Source: Podarcis gaigeae
Lineage: Eukaryota
NCBI GenBank assembly: GCA_964106915.2
Contig: OZ066917.1
Direction: 5' to 3' (one strand)
DNA length: 64,000 bases
Position 1 is the first letter of the stretch, and each line of letters begins with the position of its first letter. The notes under the pieces are model-generated. The model searched no databases and was not told where the DNA came from. It was given only the letters and a program-made list of their open reading frames with translations. Both the position numbers and the translations under genes were made by a program. Positions 25,611 to 38,552 of the stretch are shown piece after piece.

Positions 25611-26308
25611 GTAAGATATTAAAACCAGAATTCATTCAACTTCAGTATTTTATGTCGTGGTTTGATAAGGCTCTAACTTGTGCAAGATATTCCCTGCTAA
25701 TTAAAATAAATCCTCACCTTGCTTTTAAGATCTTACAACGTTAAGTAAAACAAGCGCTACTCAGAAGGTGAGAAAAATCATTTTAAATTTTAAGTACAGA
25801 GTCTTTTGCAGATACTTAAATAATAAATCACAGTGGTTCAGCCGACTATTTAAATTTTTGACTTTTATAAAGCAGCAACGTCAGTAAGTAAGTTAAAACT
25901 CTAGTACAGTTATATAGGCAGAATTACCTTCTTATTCATTTGCCAGTCGTCACTTTAGTCTTGTCTGGTACCTATCTTCCAATGTGGCCTAGTTCTAGCT
26001 GAGGATGTAAACCAGAGGTGGGGCCCTCCAGCCAGAGGACCACATTCCCTTGTCAATAGTTTTCCAGGAGCCACATGGCAAGAGTAAAGGATGTGACTTT
26101 TAGAAGGCTGTTTTCCAACCACATAAATTTAAAGGTCTCTACGTATCTCTCTATCCAGGCAAGCAAGTGCCATAACCAGTCTCCAAATACAACTTCCGTA
26201 AAGGGTATGACGCTGGAAGGGGCTGAGGCTATCAACCTATGCCTAAGCTGTACCTCTCTTTGAGGTGTACCTTAAATTATTTTCAGGATTTTAAGGCAAC
26301 CTGGGTTT

Positions 26309-26647
26309 AGGTAAAGGGACCCCTGACCATTAGGTCCAGTCGTGGCCGACTCTGGGGTTGCGGCGCTCATCTTGCTTTATTGGCCGAGGGAACCAGTGTA
26401 CAGCTTCCGGGTCATGTGGCCAGCATGACTAAGCTGCTTCTGGCGAACCAGAGCAGCACACGGAAATGCCGTTTACCTTCCCGCCGGAGTGGTACCTATT
26501 TATCTACTTGCACTTCGTGCTTTCGAACTGCTAGGTTGGCAGGAGCAGGGACCGAGCAACGGGAGCTCACCCCGTCGCGGGGATTTGCACTGCTGACCAG
26601 CAAGCCCTAGGCTCTGTGGTTTAACCCAAAGCGCCACCCGTGTCCCT
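26309..26647 (-). mobile_element. Sauria SINE
   Basis: Reverse complement of the Sauria consensus; flanking ctgggttta duplicated. Confidence 0.9.
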
Positions 26648-27876
26648 AATCTGGGTTTAAATGGAGTTTAAATCAGTAGCTCATTTTATAAACATGTGAT
26701 TTGACAATGTTGGCCATGGACTAGGTCGCTTTCAGTCTTACCCTTTCCCCTTCACACAATCACCTCTACCCCATAATTCCACCCAACTCTTCCACTTGCA
26801 TTTCCATTCGACTATAGGTGGATAAACTTTAATGCACAGGTCCTTTTTCAGCTAAGGGCCGTTTCCCCTTCTAGGCAGCTTTCTGAGGGCCACTTAGCAA
26901 TGGTGGATGGGGCCAGAGGCAAAAGGGGATAGAGGAGCAACAGATTTTATCTTTGTAAAGTAGGTTAGTTTCCGCACACACTTGCACACCCCTCTTTCCT
27001 CCATCCAGATAATAATGAAGCATTATTGAAAGAGGTTCCCCAACCTTACTTTAAGGGCAGAAGATTGGTTGCCTTAAAAATCCTAATCAGGTATTTTGAA
27101 TGTGCGGAAGACTTAAATCTGACCTTTTTTTTATTTAGTTTGTGCTGAGTCAAGGGAAGACGTATAGAAATGTGTACAGAGTACAAAAACCTTATACTCC
27201 AAGCAGCAATATAAACAGTCACTCCTATACCTTTAGCCAAATGGCAGGCAGACAGGAAAGCTAGTTCTCTGCATGATTCATACCATATCAAGGGTTTTCA
27301 CTTGCTTACATTTGCCAATAGTTCTTCAGAAGCTCTAAAATGCTGTCAGCTCACAAGGGATATGTTTGGTTTGTAAACGAGGAAGGCAAAAGAAAAGGCA
27401 CATCCAGAAACAAGAAACGTATTTCACAGTAGCTAGCAGTACGTTTTGTTGAAGTACAAAAAGCCTACAATTGCTTGCAAGGGAATCATTGTGGAAATCG
27501 TTGCCTTTTTGTTAAGTAATTCATTATACATAAAACATTACAGTATACAAAAAGCAATACATCGATGCCCTAGTAAAACAAACAAAAAAACCACTTTGTG
27601 ATAACTGTTTTTGATGATCATGTTTTATTCTGGTAAAGTTTTCACAGTATTTCTGGTAAAATGGAAAACTGAGCTATACGGATAAATAGAAACTGCAAGT
27701 TTATTATTATTATTACTATTATTATTTTAGCAAGTTCATGGTACTGAAGAGCTATTTTGCTACTCTGTTTAAAAAGCACCTTGCTTTTTCATTGACATGG
27801 TAATTGGTGTTTAAAAAGTTCAGATTATTTGCAGATTTGGCTTGTATGAGTACAATACTTCTTATTTCTTTAATAG

Positions 27877-28038
27877 GTGAACATCATTCCCCTTATAGCC
27901 AAAGCTGATACAATTTCTAAAACTGAACTACAGCAGTTTAAGGTCAACATCATGAGTGAACTGGTCAGTAGTAGACTCCAGATATATCAGTTCCCAACAG
28001 ATGATGAGAGCATTGCTAACATTAATGCTAACATGAAT
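27877..28038 (+). CDS. Septin-10-like (copy 2) G4 exon [11 protein letters not shown]...
   Basis: taatag|162 bp|gtaagt. Confidence 0.94.
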
Positions 28039-28210
28039 GTAAGTACTTCACTACAAGTATTAGAATGTAAGTATTTTAATGGGATTTCACCTTATTTTTG
28101 ACAGGTGTGATGGTCTTTCATGTAATTAGGCTACATGTTGTATATATTGCATTTTTCATTTATTCTTAGTGTTGACAGCAATACAAATTTATTTACTTCC
28201 TGTTTTGCAG

Positions 28211-28307
28211 GCACACTTGCCATTTGCAGTAGTGGGCAGTTTGGAAGAGGTAAAAGTTGGAGACAAAACAGTAAAAGCTCGCCAGTATCCTTGGGGCGTA
28301 GTGGAAG
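28211..28307 (+). CDS. Septin-10-like (copy 2) exon [13 protein letters not shown]...YPWGVVE
   Basis: ttgcag|97 bp|gtaaag. Confidence 0.94.
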
Positions 28308-29450
28308 GTAAAGAAGAGTTTGAACTCTCACTTTTTACAGAATTAGTTTCCTAAGATAGTCAGCAGTGATAGTAACATTGCATGGTTAATTGTCTGCTTC
28401 TCAACTGATAAAGTTCACATTTTGCAGTATCTTTATAGAACTGCTTTCTTCTTTTTGAAGCCTAGTGAATCACGACATCTTTTTGTCAGATTTGTGAACC
28501 AGGCAATATTCTACGCTTTGTGATTTAAACTGGTGATCTGTAGCAGTACCATGAGTCTACTTTCCCAGAACTGTTCCTTTTTCACAGGCACATTCTGCAA
28601 CACGTCATCAACACAATAATATTGCATTAGTGATGGATTTAGACAGGACAGGACAGGACACTCCATGTATCAACCAGTCTGCTTTATTAGTTGCACAGTG
28701 ATACTTCCCCAATATTATTGTATTGTTGCCATCTGGAGGGGCACTCTTGCACTGTACATCAACAAAAGTGAAACAGCACACAGAACATTCGTGATCTAAA
28801 AAGGCACAAGATTTCAGCAGGAAATTATGGGACGCACGCTTACCAGCCACAAAGCAAAAAGGCAGCTTGTCAGCAGTCTGGATTGGCCACAGCAGCCGGA
28901 GCTTGCTAGGATTAGTTTAAGGAGAGCTGTTGCCTCAGAATTATGCTGAAGCCTTCTGAGACGTCATAAAGGCTGGCCCACACCCTCTTATTAGCCCTAC
29001 CCACTCTGAGTAACTGATCTATCTTTTAAAGGACTATTCTGCAAATTATGGCGTTTATGGTGTGGGGGTGGTGAGGGATGAATTGGAGGGGTGTTGTCTG
29101 AGCTGGAGAAGTCCAGTGAGGGCATATAATCTGTCCTGGATGGTGAGGAATTGGGATACCTCTTCTGCCTTCCAGTACCTCCCATCTGCCTCTGAGCTGG
29201 CAGATGCATTTGGAACGGGAATTTCCTGATCCCATCTTTGCAACTGCTACCCATCAGAAAGCCTCTCCTTGTGGTTCAGGGGACACTTGCAAAATGTATG
29301 AGATGGATGGGAAAGACTTCCGCTGCTCAATACCCCCCCTGCAATCCCTCACCCCGCAATCCCGGCGTGAAAGGGCTTTTGGGGGGTGTTTCCTGCATCC
29401 TGTGGTAAATTCCAATAGGATAGAGCTGATATCTTATTTTATTTCATTAG

Positions 29451-29607
29451 TGGAGAATGAGAACCACTGCGATTTCGTGAAACTCCGGGAAATGATGATT
29501 TGTACAAATATGGAAGACTTGATAGAACAAACTTGTTCTGTTCATTATGAACTGTACCGGCAGTATAAACTGGAAGAGATGGGCTTCCGAGACACTGATC
29601 AAATCAG
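29451..29607 (+). CDS. Septin-10-like (copy 2) exon VENENHCDF...GFRDTDQI (12 bp shorter than copy 1)
   Basis: cattag|157 bp|gtaaga; in-frame loss of ENKP. Confidence 0.93.
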
Positions 29608-30333
29608 GTAAGAGAGTGAGCCTTTCCTATGTTTTTAATAGTGAAACCAATTCCCAACATGGCTTTTGTAATTACTTCTCTGAAGGTATCTTGAATCTTA
29701 AGTGTGTAATTAAAACTGTTTGCAGACCCCTTAGCCAATTTATGGGGGTGCAGGGGGGGGGGGGAAATGGGCTATTGCACCGACTTCCACTAGTGGGGGC
29801 CCTTTGTTGAATCTGACCCCATAGCTTAGCTCCAAGTAGCATGGCAACAGCACGATTGGGGGAGGAGCGAAGTGGCTGCAGTTTTCCTTTTGGATCCCCA
29901 CGTGCTTGTTCTTTCTGACTTAAGTCTAAGCCATGTTTTGGCTTTGTGTTATATGAGTACAAGGCTTCTGAAAGCTTTATAAGTGTACTCCACATGCGTA
30001 GTTGTTTGTAAGTGCTAAATACAAATCTTAGGTGGTATTCAGTTAAGACTTACTCAGAATAAGGCCCATTAAAATTAATGAACAGGACTAACGATTGAAA
30101 TGTACCCTGAGTAAGTCTTAGCTAAATATTACCCATCATTTTAAAAATTAAATACATAATTGTTTCAGTGTTATATTTCCGTAAGAAAAAAAGCAAATTC
30201 CTTTAACTTTTAGAAACTTGGAATGGTATCAGTTTCTTTCTGTGAGCCAGGATAATATAAAATTGGGTTCCTTAGACAGAACTGTGGAAGCACACTACAA
30301 CTTGATAAATCTGTATCTTTGTTTTGTTTTTAG

Positions 30334-30369
30334 GATTCCAGATTCCAAAAAGACAACTCATAGAGAAAG
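30334..30369 (+). CDS. Candidate 36-nt in-frame micro-exon of copy 2, (R)IPDSKKTTHRE(S)
   Basis: tctttgttttgtttttag|36 bp ending AAG|gtatgt; phase 2-2 and stop-free in the septin frame. Confidence 0.5.
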
Positions 30370-30705
30370 GTATGTTGCCTTATAGCGTAGAATGAGGGAA
30401 TTAAAGTTTTTTAAATCCTGTCTCTCTCTCTGTGTGTGTGTTTTAGAAAGAGACAGCTTGGTCTTACAGGAACCAATAGTGACATGATCCCAGTACTGAT
30501 TTGGAACTATTATTGAATTCCCTCAAGTGCAACTCAGAATGTCTCCAGCTGTGTACTAATTCTTCAGCTTACAAATATGGGTAGGGGACCATAGACCCCG
30601 GAGAGAGGCATTTCCTGTCAGATTAGACACTATCTAGATCAGGTGGACAAATAGCCTAACTTAGTATAAGGAGTTGCCTATGTTCTTAAATACCAATTAA
30701 ATTGG

Positions 30706-30707
30706 TT

Positions 30708-30767
<60 letters not shown>

Positions 30768-30786
30768 TTTTTCTTTCTTTCTTTCT
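30706..30786. repeat. (TTTC)n microsatellite
   Basis: Direct observation. Confidence 0.95.
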
Positions 30787-32875
30787 CATTGATGTTCTAA
30801 ACAGATATGTGAGATGCGTGCTGGCCTCAAAACAGACTTTATTTACAGTAGTCGCTGCAGTACTAACATTTAACTTCTGCAATAGAACATGATCTGTGAC
30901 TAGAATAAATAATAGTTCTGTAAAAACAGGGAAGTTGACAATTAACTTGCCTTAAATGTGTTGGTAAGATCAGAATAAAAAAAGGGGACACAATCTCACC
31001 TTGGACATAACCTTTTTGAAAAGATGCTGCTGTTCTTCTCCCTGTTGAACAGTAAGGAGTTGAAGACTTACCTTCCAATGTGAGCTGGTAAATTGTTTTC
31101 TTATCCCCCCTGCGAGATGAACTTACATTTGGCTCTACCTCCACTCATCTAAGGCACATCTATGCCACTCTGAATCCAGCACTGGTCTTTGGTCTCCCCC
31201 CCCCCCCTTTTCCAATACTTCTTGCAGCCTACCTTTACACATGCCAGAAGCATGACATTAACCTGGATGGATTCATTGGTGGTTAGGGGTGTAGCCTTAT
31301 AATTGCCATAGCAGCCAACCAATAAACATCTTGCATCGCAAGTTGTTGCTAGAAACGGGATGAGCCAGCTGTTCCTCCCAAAGTTGCTTCTCTAGGAAAA
31401 GTTATATGCCTGACTAAAAAGGAATGGGTACCGATTTGCAAAGGGGTAGCTTCATCTGCTTATATCCAGTTAGAAACTGAACTTGAAGAAGCTGTAACTG
31501 GTTTTGTTATCTCAGTTTAAAAGCAGGGAAGAAGCACATGCAGCAGTTAGACTTTGTGCAATAAGATGATATCACCTAACAGCAAACCTAGTTAGGGTGG
31601 AAAACGGGGTGGAAAATCTGTGGTCCTCCAGATGTTGCTTTGGGCTGTGGCTGATGGGAGCTGGACACCCAACAACATCTGGAGGGTGGCAGGTCTCCTG
31701 CCCTTGGTGTAAAAAGTTACAACAATGACATCTTAACACCTGGGTTCCTTTAAAAAGAATTAGAATGCTTTCTAAGCGAAAGGCACCTTTACTCCTTAAC
31801 AGATGCCAAGAGTGAGATGGTTGGAAGACCTCTGGCTATTGACATTGTATGTATTACAGTGAGATTGGAATCGGCTTTCAACTGTAAGATCAGCAAGTTT
31901 TACTCTTTGTCTGGTTCAGAGTAGTCTCTTTACTGGAAAGTGACTTTGTAGAGAGAATATCCAGTTGTCAGTGTGCCAAAAAGGAAGGACACATCCAGCA
32001 TTCTGAGAGGAGGCTTAAAAAACTGATAGAAGAGATTCTAGACTGGCATGTAAAGAGGAGAAGAATGAGAAAGCCAGGCAAACAATGAGAAAATGACATC
32101 TTCTTTTGCCGTCAAACATAATCACTACAGATTTTGAAATGTGGCAATAATTCCAGTGGGTACATTAGTTGATGTAGATAGATAGATAGATCTGTTTGGT
32201 GGTCTGCAAATGCACAGTGATAAAAGAACTGAATTTTCTCTGCTGAACAGGAAAGTGTGGAATAACACTTGCTTGACTTAATGTTGTCTAATCTCACAAA
32301 GAAATCAGAATAAATGCACATTAAATACCCTATGACTATGTTGTCTAATCTCTTCATAAGCAAATCAGGCTGAATGCTTATTAAACAAGTTATCTGGAAG
32401 TGACCAAATTTTTCTCAAATTAAGTTCTATTTCAATTGATTAGGTATACCCCCAAGTTAGATGCATTTAGGATCAAAAATAAAAGCCCAGGGCCACCTAT
32501 GCTTTGTCCACTTCACCATGATTAATTTGTTGCCCTGCATTCTATTCATAGCATCACTGCTTGTCCCGTCCTAGGAGCTTTTAGAACCAGTTTATAAATT
32601 TAACAAAAGGAAACACTGTGAGTGTGGTGAGACAGCAGACCACACCTGTTCTCATGCCCCCCCCTTAATTGCAAGGTTTGCAAGATGAACCAGGTGTAAC
32701 TCTCCAGTGCACACCTTCTTGAGCAAAACATCTCCTTGAACTTTTAATCTCCCTGTGAACTTTCACAGTCTCTCATGCACAGGAAAGCTGGTCAAATGTG
32801 GTTGGGTTTTGTAAATAAAATGGGTGAATGCGGCCAGCTCTGATTGAAGGCTATTTTACATTTTATGATCCTCAG

Positions 32876-33008
32876 TCTGCAGGAGACTTATGAAGCTAAG
32901 CGGCTTGAATTCCTTAACAGTTTACGGCAAAAAGAAGAAGAGATGAGGCAAAGGTTTGTTCGGAGGGTCAAAGAGAAAGAAGTACAGTTGAAAGAAGCTG
33001 AGCGAGAA
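32876..33008 (+). CDS. Septin-10-like (copy 2) coiled-coil exon [12 protein letters not shown]...KEAERE
   Basis: cctcag|133 bp|gtaagc. Confidence 0.94.
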
Positions 33009-33935
33009 GTAAGCCCATCTCTCTTACAGTTCTTGATCTGGTTGTAGTGGTAGCTTGAAGACATTATGTGGAGCAGCAGAATAAGATGGCTAGAGTCTAG
33101 TGAAGAATGCACTGGAGAGAAAGGTGTGCATTGTACAGCCCTTCTTTGGAGATCATGGCTGGAATTCCATCATGAGTCAGGACCAGGGAGACTTGCAACT
33201 AAATATTCAGCTGTGTCCCAAATATGTCTCCTCCCCTGGTTTGTTTGTGTGTGTCCACATGCGCATGGTACCTCTCTCTTCTTCCCTTCCCAGTGTCTCG
33301 CAATGAGTGGCAGAGCCCTTCCTCCTCTTCCTTGTTCACACAGCTGGAGCTGATTGGCTAGGCACATTCAGCATTAAGGAGAAGGTTATCAGATTCTGAT
33401 TTGGTTGTTGATGTGATTTATTTATAGGAGGTTAGGATGGTCTCTACTGCAGTGTTGGTGTGCTGGGTCCATCCATTTCTTTTTCTGCTCCTATTTGCTA
33501 CGGTTGAGAACTGGAATGCCACACATTGCATAATGCAAATGAGATAACTGCCATACTAAAAAGACGATGGCCAGAGTTGAGATGTGTGTGAAGTAGAAGC
33601 CAGAGGCAGATGGAAGCCAGAGAGATAGAGCCATGTCTGCTTTCTGCTGGAATCCAAGGCTGTGGCTATGGAAGGAGCAAAACCCTTTTGGGGTACTAAT
33701 GTTGTGAGCTCCCCAGGTTATATTTATGTGTAAATAAACCATGTATCATAAATACACCACAGTCTTGGCTGTCCCTCATTCTGAGGAAACAGCCTTTCTC
33801 AACCTGTGGGTCCCCAGATGTTGTTGAACTACAACTCCCATAGCCCCTTGCTAGCAAGGCCAGAGCTCAGGGATGATGGGAGCTGTAGTCCAACAACATC
33901 TGGAGACCCACAGGTTGAGAACCGCTGGCCTAGAA

Positions 33936-34188
33936 CATGGGTAGGGAAACTAAGGCCCAGGGGCTGGATCTGGCCCAATCACCTTCTAAATCCGGCCCAT
34001 GGACAGTCCAGGAATCAGTGTGTTTTTACATGAGTAGAATGTGTGTTTTTATTTAAAATGCATCTCTGGGTTATTTGTGGGGCATCAGGAATTCATTCAT
34101 CCCCCCGCAAAAAAAATATAGCTCGCCCCCCCCCAAGGTCTGAGGGGCAGTGGACCGGCCCCCTGCTGAAAACGTTTGCTGACCCCTG
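33936..34188. mobile_element. Non-autonomous hAT element
   Basis: Perfect 8-bp TSD gcctagaa; inverted related copy at 36905-37138. Confidence 0.8.
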
Positions 34189-35762
34189 GCCTAGAATATC
34201 ACACTGACGGGGGTGGTGACCCCCATATTGAGGGGGGTTGGTGTCACGTTACCCGTCCTGCCTCTACCTGGCATGCCAGCCCTCGCCTCTTGGCAGTGGT
34301 GAGCGAGGAGGGTGAAAATCACCCTCCGCACCTCTTGCCACCCTGGCGGGCCAGCGCTTGCCCAATGGCAGCAGGGAACGCAGAGAGTGAAAATCACCCT
34401 CTGTGCCTTCTACCCCCACTCAGTAGGCCAGTGCTCAGCCGTCTGCATGGAGAATGCTGAGGGTGAAAATCATTCTCTATGCTGGCTTAGCTGTGTACAA
34501 GAATCATTGTGCAGTGCTGCCCAGCTGAGGAGAGAAGCATAAATGCTGCCACAACCCTTCTGCTTCTCTTCGTCTCCCAGGTCAGACCTGACCCAGGCAG
34601 AGGCGGAGTGAGCGGAGCACAGGCTGTGCACCCAGGGGCGGGGCTAGCCACCCATGGGGGCGGGGCAAGTGTCCCAGGGAGGCACCGCGAGTGGCCCCTC
34701 AGGGATGACACCCACTGCACCCCTTCCTCTGCCAGTGGGGCCCAGAAGCAGAGCTGCAGCTTGGTGCAAAGGAACTGTACAGCCCTGTACAGGAGAGGGG
34801 GGTGGGGGAGGGGATGGTGGGGGAGAAATATTGGGTACGGGACTCAGCCCCCTGCCCAGAAATATTGAGGGAGCTGAATCTCCATCCACCCCTATTGTTG
34901 GTGCCCCTGCGCACTGCTCAGACATTGGGGTGGTGTGCAGCGATATTAGATGGTGAAATAGGCATCTTATCTGTGGGGGACTCCATTTTCCTATCCAGCT
35001 GTTCAGCACACAAGGATCATCAAGTTCATGTGGCAACTTGCTGTTGATTTAGATCAGAGTTCCAGGAAACAATAGAAACAGCCTTTCATAATTGCATAAT
35101 GATAGGGGTGCCAACTTGAATAAAATATTGGGATATCCCAGGTAAGCCCTGCCCTGCATAATTGATCCTGAAACACACACACTATTTGAATGGCAATGTC
35201 AATCAACTGGGGTGTGTGGCAGCTCTCAAATATTTTATGGTGGGGTGGGGGTCGAAGGGACTTCAGCCCCTAAGAGCTGGCTCCTATGCCTAATGACATC
35301 ACAAGTTGAACTAACATAATTTACTGAAATCAGTCTCCTTTGATTTAAAAGTAAATTGTTGACCAGAAGCTTACAGTATAACTTATAGTATCATATGCAT
35401 ATTGAAAGATGGGCTAATTAAGGCAGTAACCCGTGTTGTTCAATTGGGAGATGTTTGATCCGTTCTTCATTTAGCAAGAAATGGGAAGTTAACTATGGGA
35501 TGCTCTGAAAGAATGATACCCCCGTTGAAAAGCTTTTATAAGTAAAACTGATGTCCACATTTGTCATTATAAAGAAATCAGTTCCAAGTTACTATAAGAA
35601 AAGGTTTTAGCGCGCTTGTGTCAATAAGCGAACTATGAAAATAGTAAGTGAAAATAAGGAAATCAGTCTCTTTTTTTGACCTTGTGATTACTCAAGATGG
35701 TATATTAAGTGCTAGGCTACCACCTTGTGGCAGAAGTGATACCTTTTTGTGCTTGACTTTAG

Positions 35763-35953
35763 CTACAGCTGGAGTTTGAACATTTAAAACAGCTTGATCA
35801 AGAAGAGAGAATGAAATTGGAGGAGAAAAGAAGACTCCTGGAAGAAGAAATTATTGCATTCAATGACAGAAAAGCTGCCGCAGAAATAATCCAAGGGAGG
35901 CCACTGCCCCCTACGCCCACTGTTGGGTATAAAAAAGATAAGGATCGTAAAAA
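35763..35953 (+). CDS. Septin-10-like (copy 2) exon [11 protein letters not shown]...[18 protein letters not shown]
   Basis: ctttag|191 bp|gtaagt, open frame; not in the ORF track on +. Confidence 0.93.
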
Positions 35954-36157
35954 GTAAGTAATCAATTCCATAAAATTTTAGGATTTGGTTTTTAGGACAG
36001 GGTACACTGTCCAGTTCAGATAAATATTTTAAACAGTATAAATGAATCAGGTACCAAATATGGGGGGGGGGGGAGTTTTGTATTAACTTGTTCAAAACTC
36101 TTACTGATACTATCAGACACTTTTACGAGAACTCTTCTTTTTAATATTTGTCCTAAG

Positions 36158-36284
36158 GGATCAAGGTTTTCGGCTTGAGCTCCTGTGCTTTGATGTCAGA
36201 GATCAGGAATTTGTGAATATACAGGAGGAGAGAGAGAAAGAGAGATTAGAAAGGGAACGAGCCCACAGGGAGCACCATGAATAG
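36158..36284 (+). CDS. Septin-10-like (copy 2) terminal coding exon (K)DQGFRLELLCFDVRDQEFVNIQEEREKERLERERAHREHHE*
   Basis: cctaag acceptor, paralogous to 15239. Confidence 0.7.
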
Positions 36285-36904
36285 AATTTGGAAGCAGTTT
36301 GAAAACGTTATATGGTTAAGGTATGTTATGTTTAAAAGTCATAGAAAACAGATCCATATGGCCACAGTGTGGTTTTTTTCATTCCTAGGAATATTCTGAA
36401 ATTCACAAAAGTCTTTGTGGTTTTGTGGCGATGACAGAAGTTATTACAGAATTATAAACAACCTCAAACAAACATTGTGGAGAAGGGGGTTCTTGTTGCG
36501 CTAACTGTTCTGCTCTTATTCTTAAGGAATAACTATGCTAAGCAATTCATTTTAATGCTAGAAATCTGCTTTTAAATGATGACAAGGTCATTAAATGACC
36601 AGAAATATCATCCTCTCAGTAGTGACTGTTGGGCAACATAGAACAATTTCCACAAACTTGCACAGCAGAAATCTGATTGCACTATGTGACTTTCTTTTCT
36701 CCTACCTCCAACCTCTTGCACGCCCCTATTTTTTTTTTCAGAGGAGTGACCCCCCCCTGCTGAGAATAGTGTATATAAAAGGACATTTCTTTTAAGTTGC
36801 ACTAAACTGAGCAGATTTTGGACTGCAGGGGGACAGAAGGAGAAACTCAATGGAATGGACAGACACCAATTCACACTGCATTTATTCTCACCTGTGAATT
36901 AATT

Positions 36905-37138
36905 CAGGGGTCAGGAACCTTTTTCAGCTGTGGGCCAGTCCACCATCCCTCAGACCATGTGGTGGGCTGGACTATATTTTGGAAAAAGAAAAAAAAAGAA
37001 CGAATTCCTATGCCCCACAAATAACCCAGAGATGCATTTTAAATAAGAGCACACATTCTACTCACGTAAAAACACGCTGATTCCCAGACCATCCGCGGGC
37101 CGGATTGAGAACCCCGGGCCTTAGGTTGCCTACCCCTG
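36905..37138. mobile_element. Non-autonomous hAT element in the copy-2 3'UTR
   Basis: cagggg...cccctg termini, TSD aattaatt/atttaatt. Confidence 0.75.
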
Positions 37139-38125
37139 ATTTAATTCAGCCTTGAAATACATTCATGGAAATTACTAAATATTCAGTTATCAGGGCACAT
37201 TCCGAAGGGATGTGATGCAAACACTTTGCTGAAACTAAGCAGGTTTGAGTTTGATCAGTGACTGGATTGGAATCTGTCAGGGAAACCCATGTCCACCACC
37301 AACGAAAGAAAGGTAGGAAGAATAGCCACATATTAAATAAATACGATTTAGCAACTACTTTTAATACTTCAGAAGCCTGTGTAAATATTTTAGTCATTTG
37401 TTGCTATCACATCAGGGAGAAGGCTAAGCTGTAAGCCTTCGTGTGCCGTTGAGTTCTGGATGAAAGGACCGTTAAACCAAGGGACCTTCATTGTAGTCTG
37501 AAGTGATTCAGTCAAAGAAAGTCTGTACCATGGTGATATTTCTCTACCTTTGAGTCAGTTCAAGTCCTCTCCATTTGATATTCATCAAAATAAATATAAA
37601 TACATGGAAGACAAAAGCTTTAATACTTTATGAATAGTCTTTGCTTTCTGTGGAGAAAAGGTATACCTAATATAACTCCTTCTGTTTCAGCGTTGGCTTT
37701 ATGTGAAAGAAGAATAAATACAAGAATAAATTATTCACAGTTCTCTATGAAGAAACTTGGGTCACCTTCCCCCTTTTTAATGCAAGTTAACTTGAAAACT
37801 GACTCCTGTTTAACAAAGGGAAAAGTATATTAAAATGTATAATTAGTATCACATAGTGTACTGTAGGTTGTTGTATTAAAATATATAAAATGACAGTTCT
37901 TTTAAGCTATTGATGTGCATTTAAACTATATACCTGTGGCCAAGCTGTACTCACTTTAAGTGCTGTACCTAAGATCACTGTGCCACAAAAGAATTTTTAT
38001 TTCTGTTATGAATACTCTTAGCATAGAAATGATTATATATTGCAACTGTTTTAAAGAACTGGTGCTTCTTGAATGTGTTAACTGCATATCAATGAATATC
38101 CCCATTTGAAACATTTATTGAACTG

Positions 38126-38131
38126 AATAAA
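38126..38131 (+). terminator. Polyadenylation signal of septin copy 2
   Basis: AATAAA in a context conserved with 16841. Confidence 0.7.
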
Positions 38132-38552
38132 ATATGTAAACCTGTTTCAGAAAACATTTTCTTTTCTGAAAATGTTTTTTTTATAAATGCACATGCTAGC
38201 TCTGTGATAAGCTTAAATTAAAATGGACCATGATTGCCTTTGCAGTGGCAGTATTCATGCAAACATATGGTTTACTTGAAAATAGATATTGAGAAGTATT
38301 GAGAAGGGAATCTGGTGTTCCAAGGAAAGTCAAAACCCCACTGCACTAGGGCAAGCCCCCTTGTACGAGGTTAGGCCCAGGAGTTCTTTGCAAACAGATC
38401 CCTGCAGACAATCCATAAATCTGCAGAGTGACATTCTAAATATGAATGTGCCCTTTAAAAAGTGCCTCGAGAAAGTTCAAATGGTGAGTGGTGCATATCT
38501 TTAAAGCAATGGCAAGAGTTCTTAATGACCTTCCTTGCTAAGTTGCTGAAAT

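Noticed and set aside
34176-35047. GC-rich ORF cluster / CpG island
   Set aside because: Lies in a septin intron among hAT-like fragments with short internal repeats (gagggtgaaaatca); no coherent coding signal
20696-36284. Copy 2 as a pseudogene or false haplotype duplication
   Set aside because: No stops or frameshifts and all splice sites canonical; ~17% aa divergence and different TE content are far beyond allelic levels
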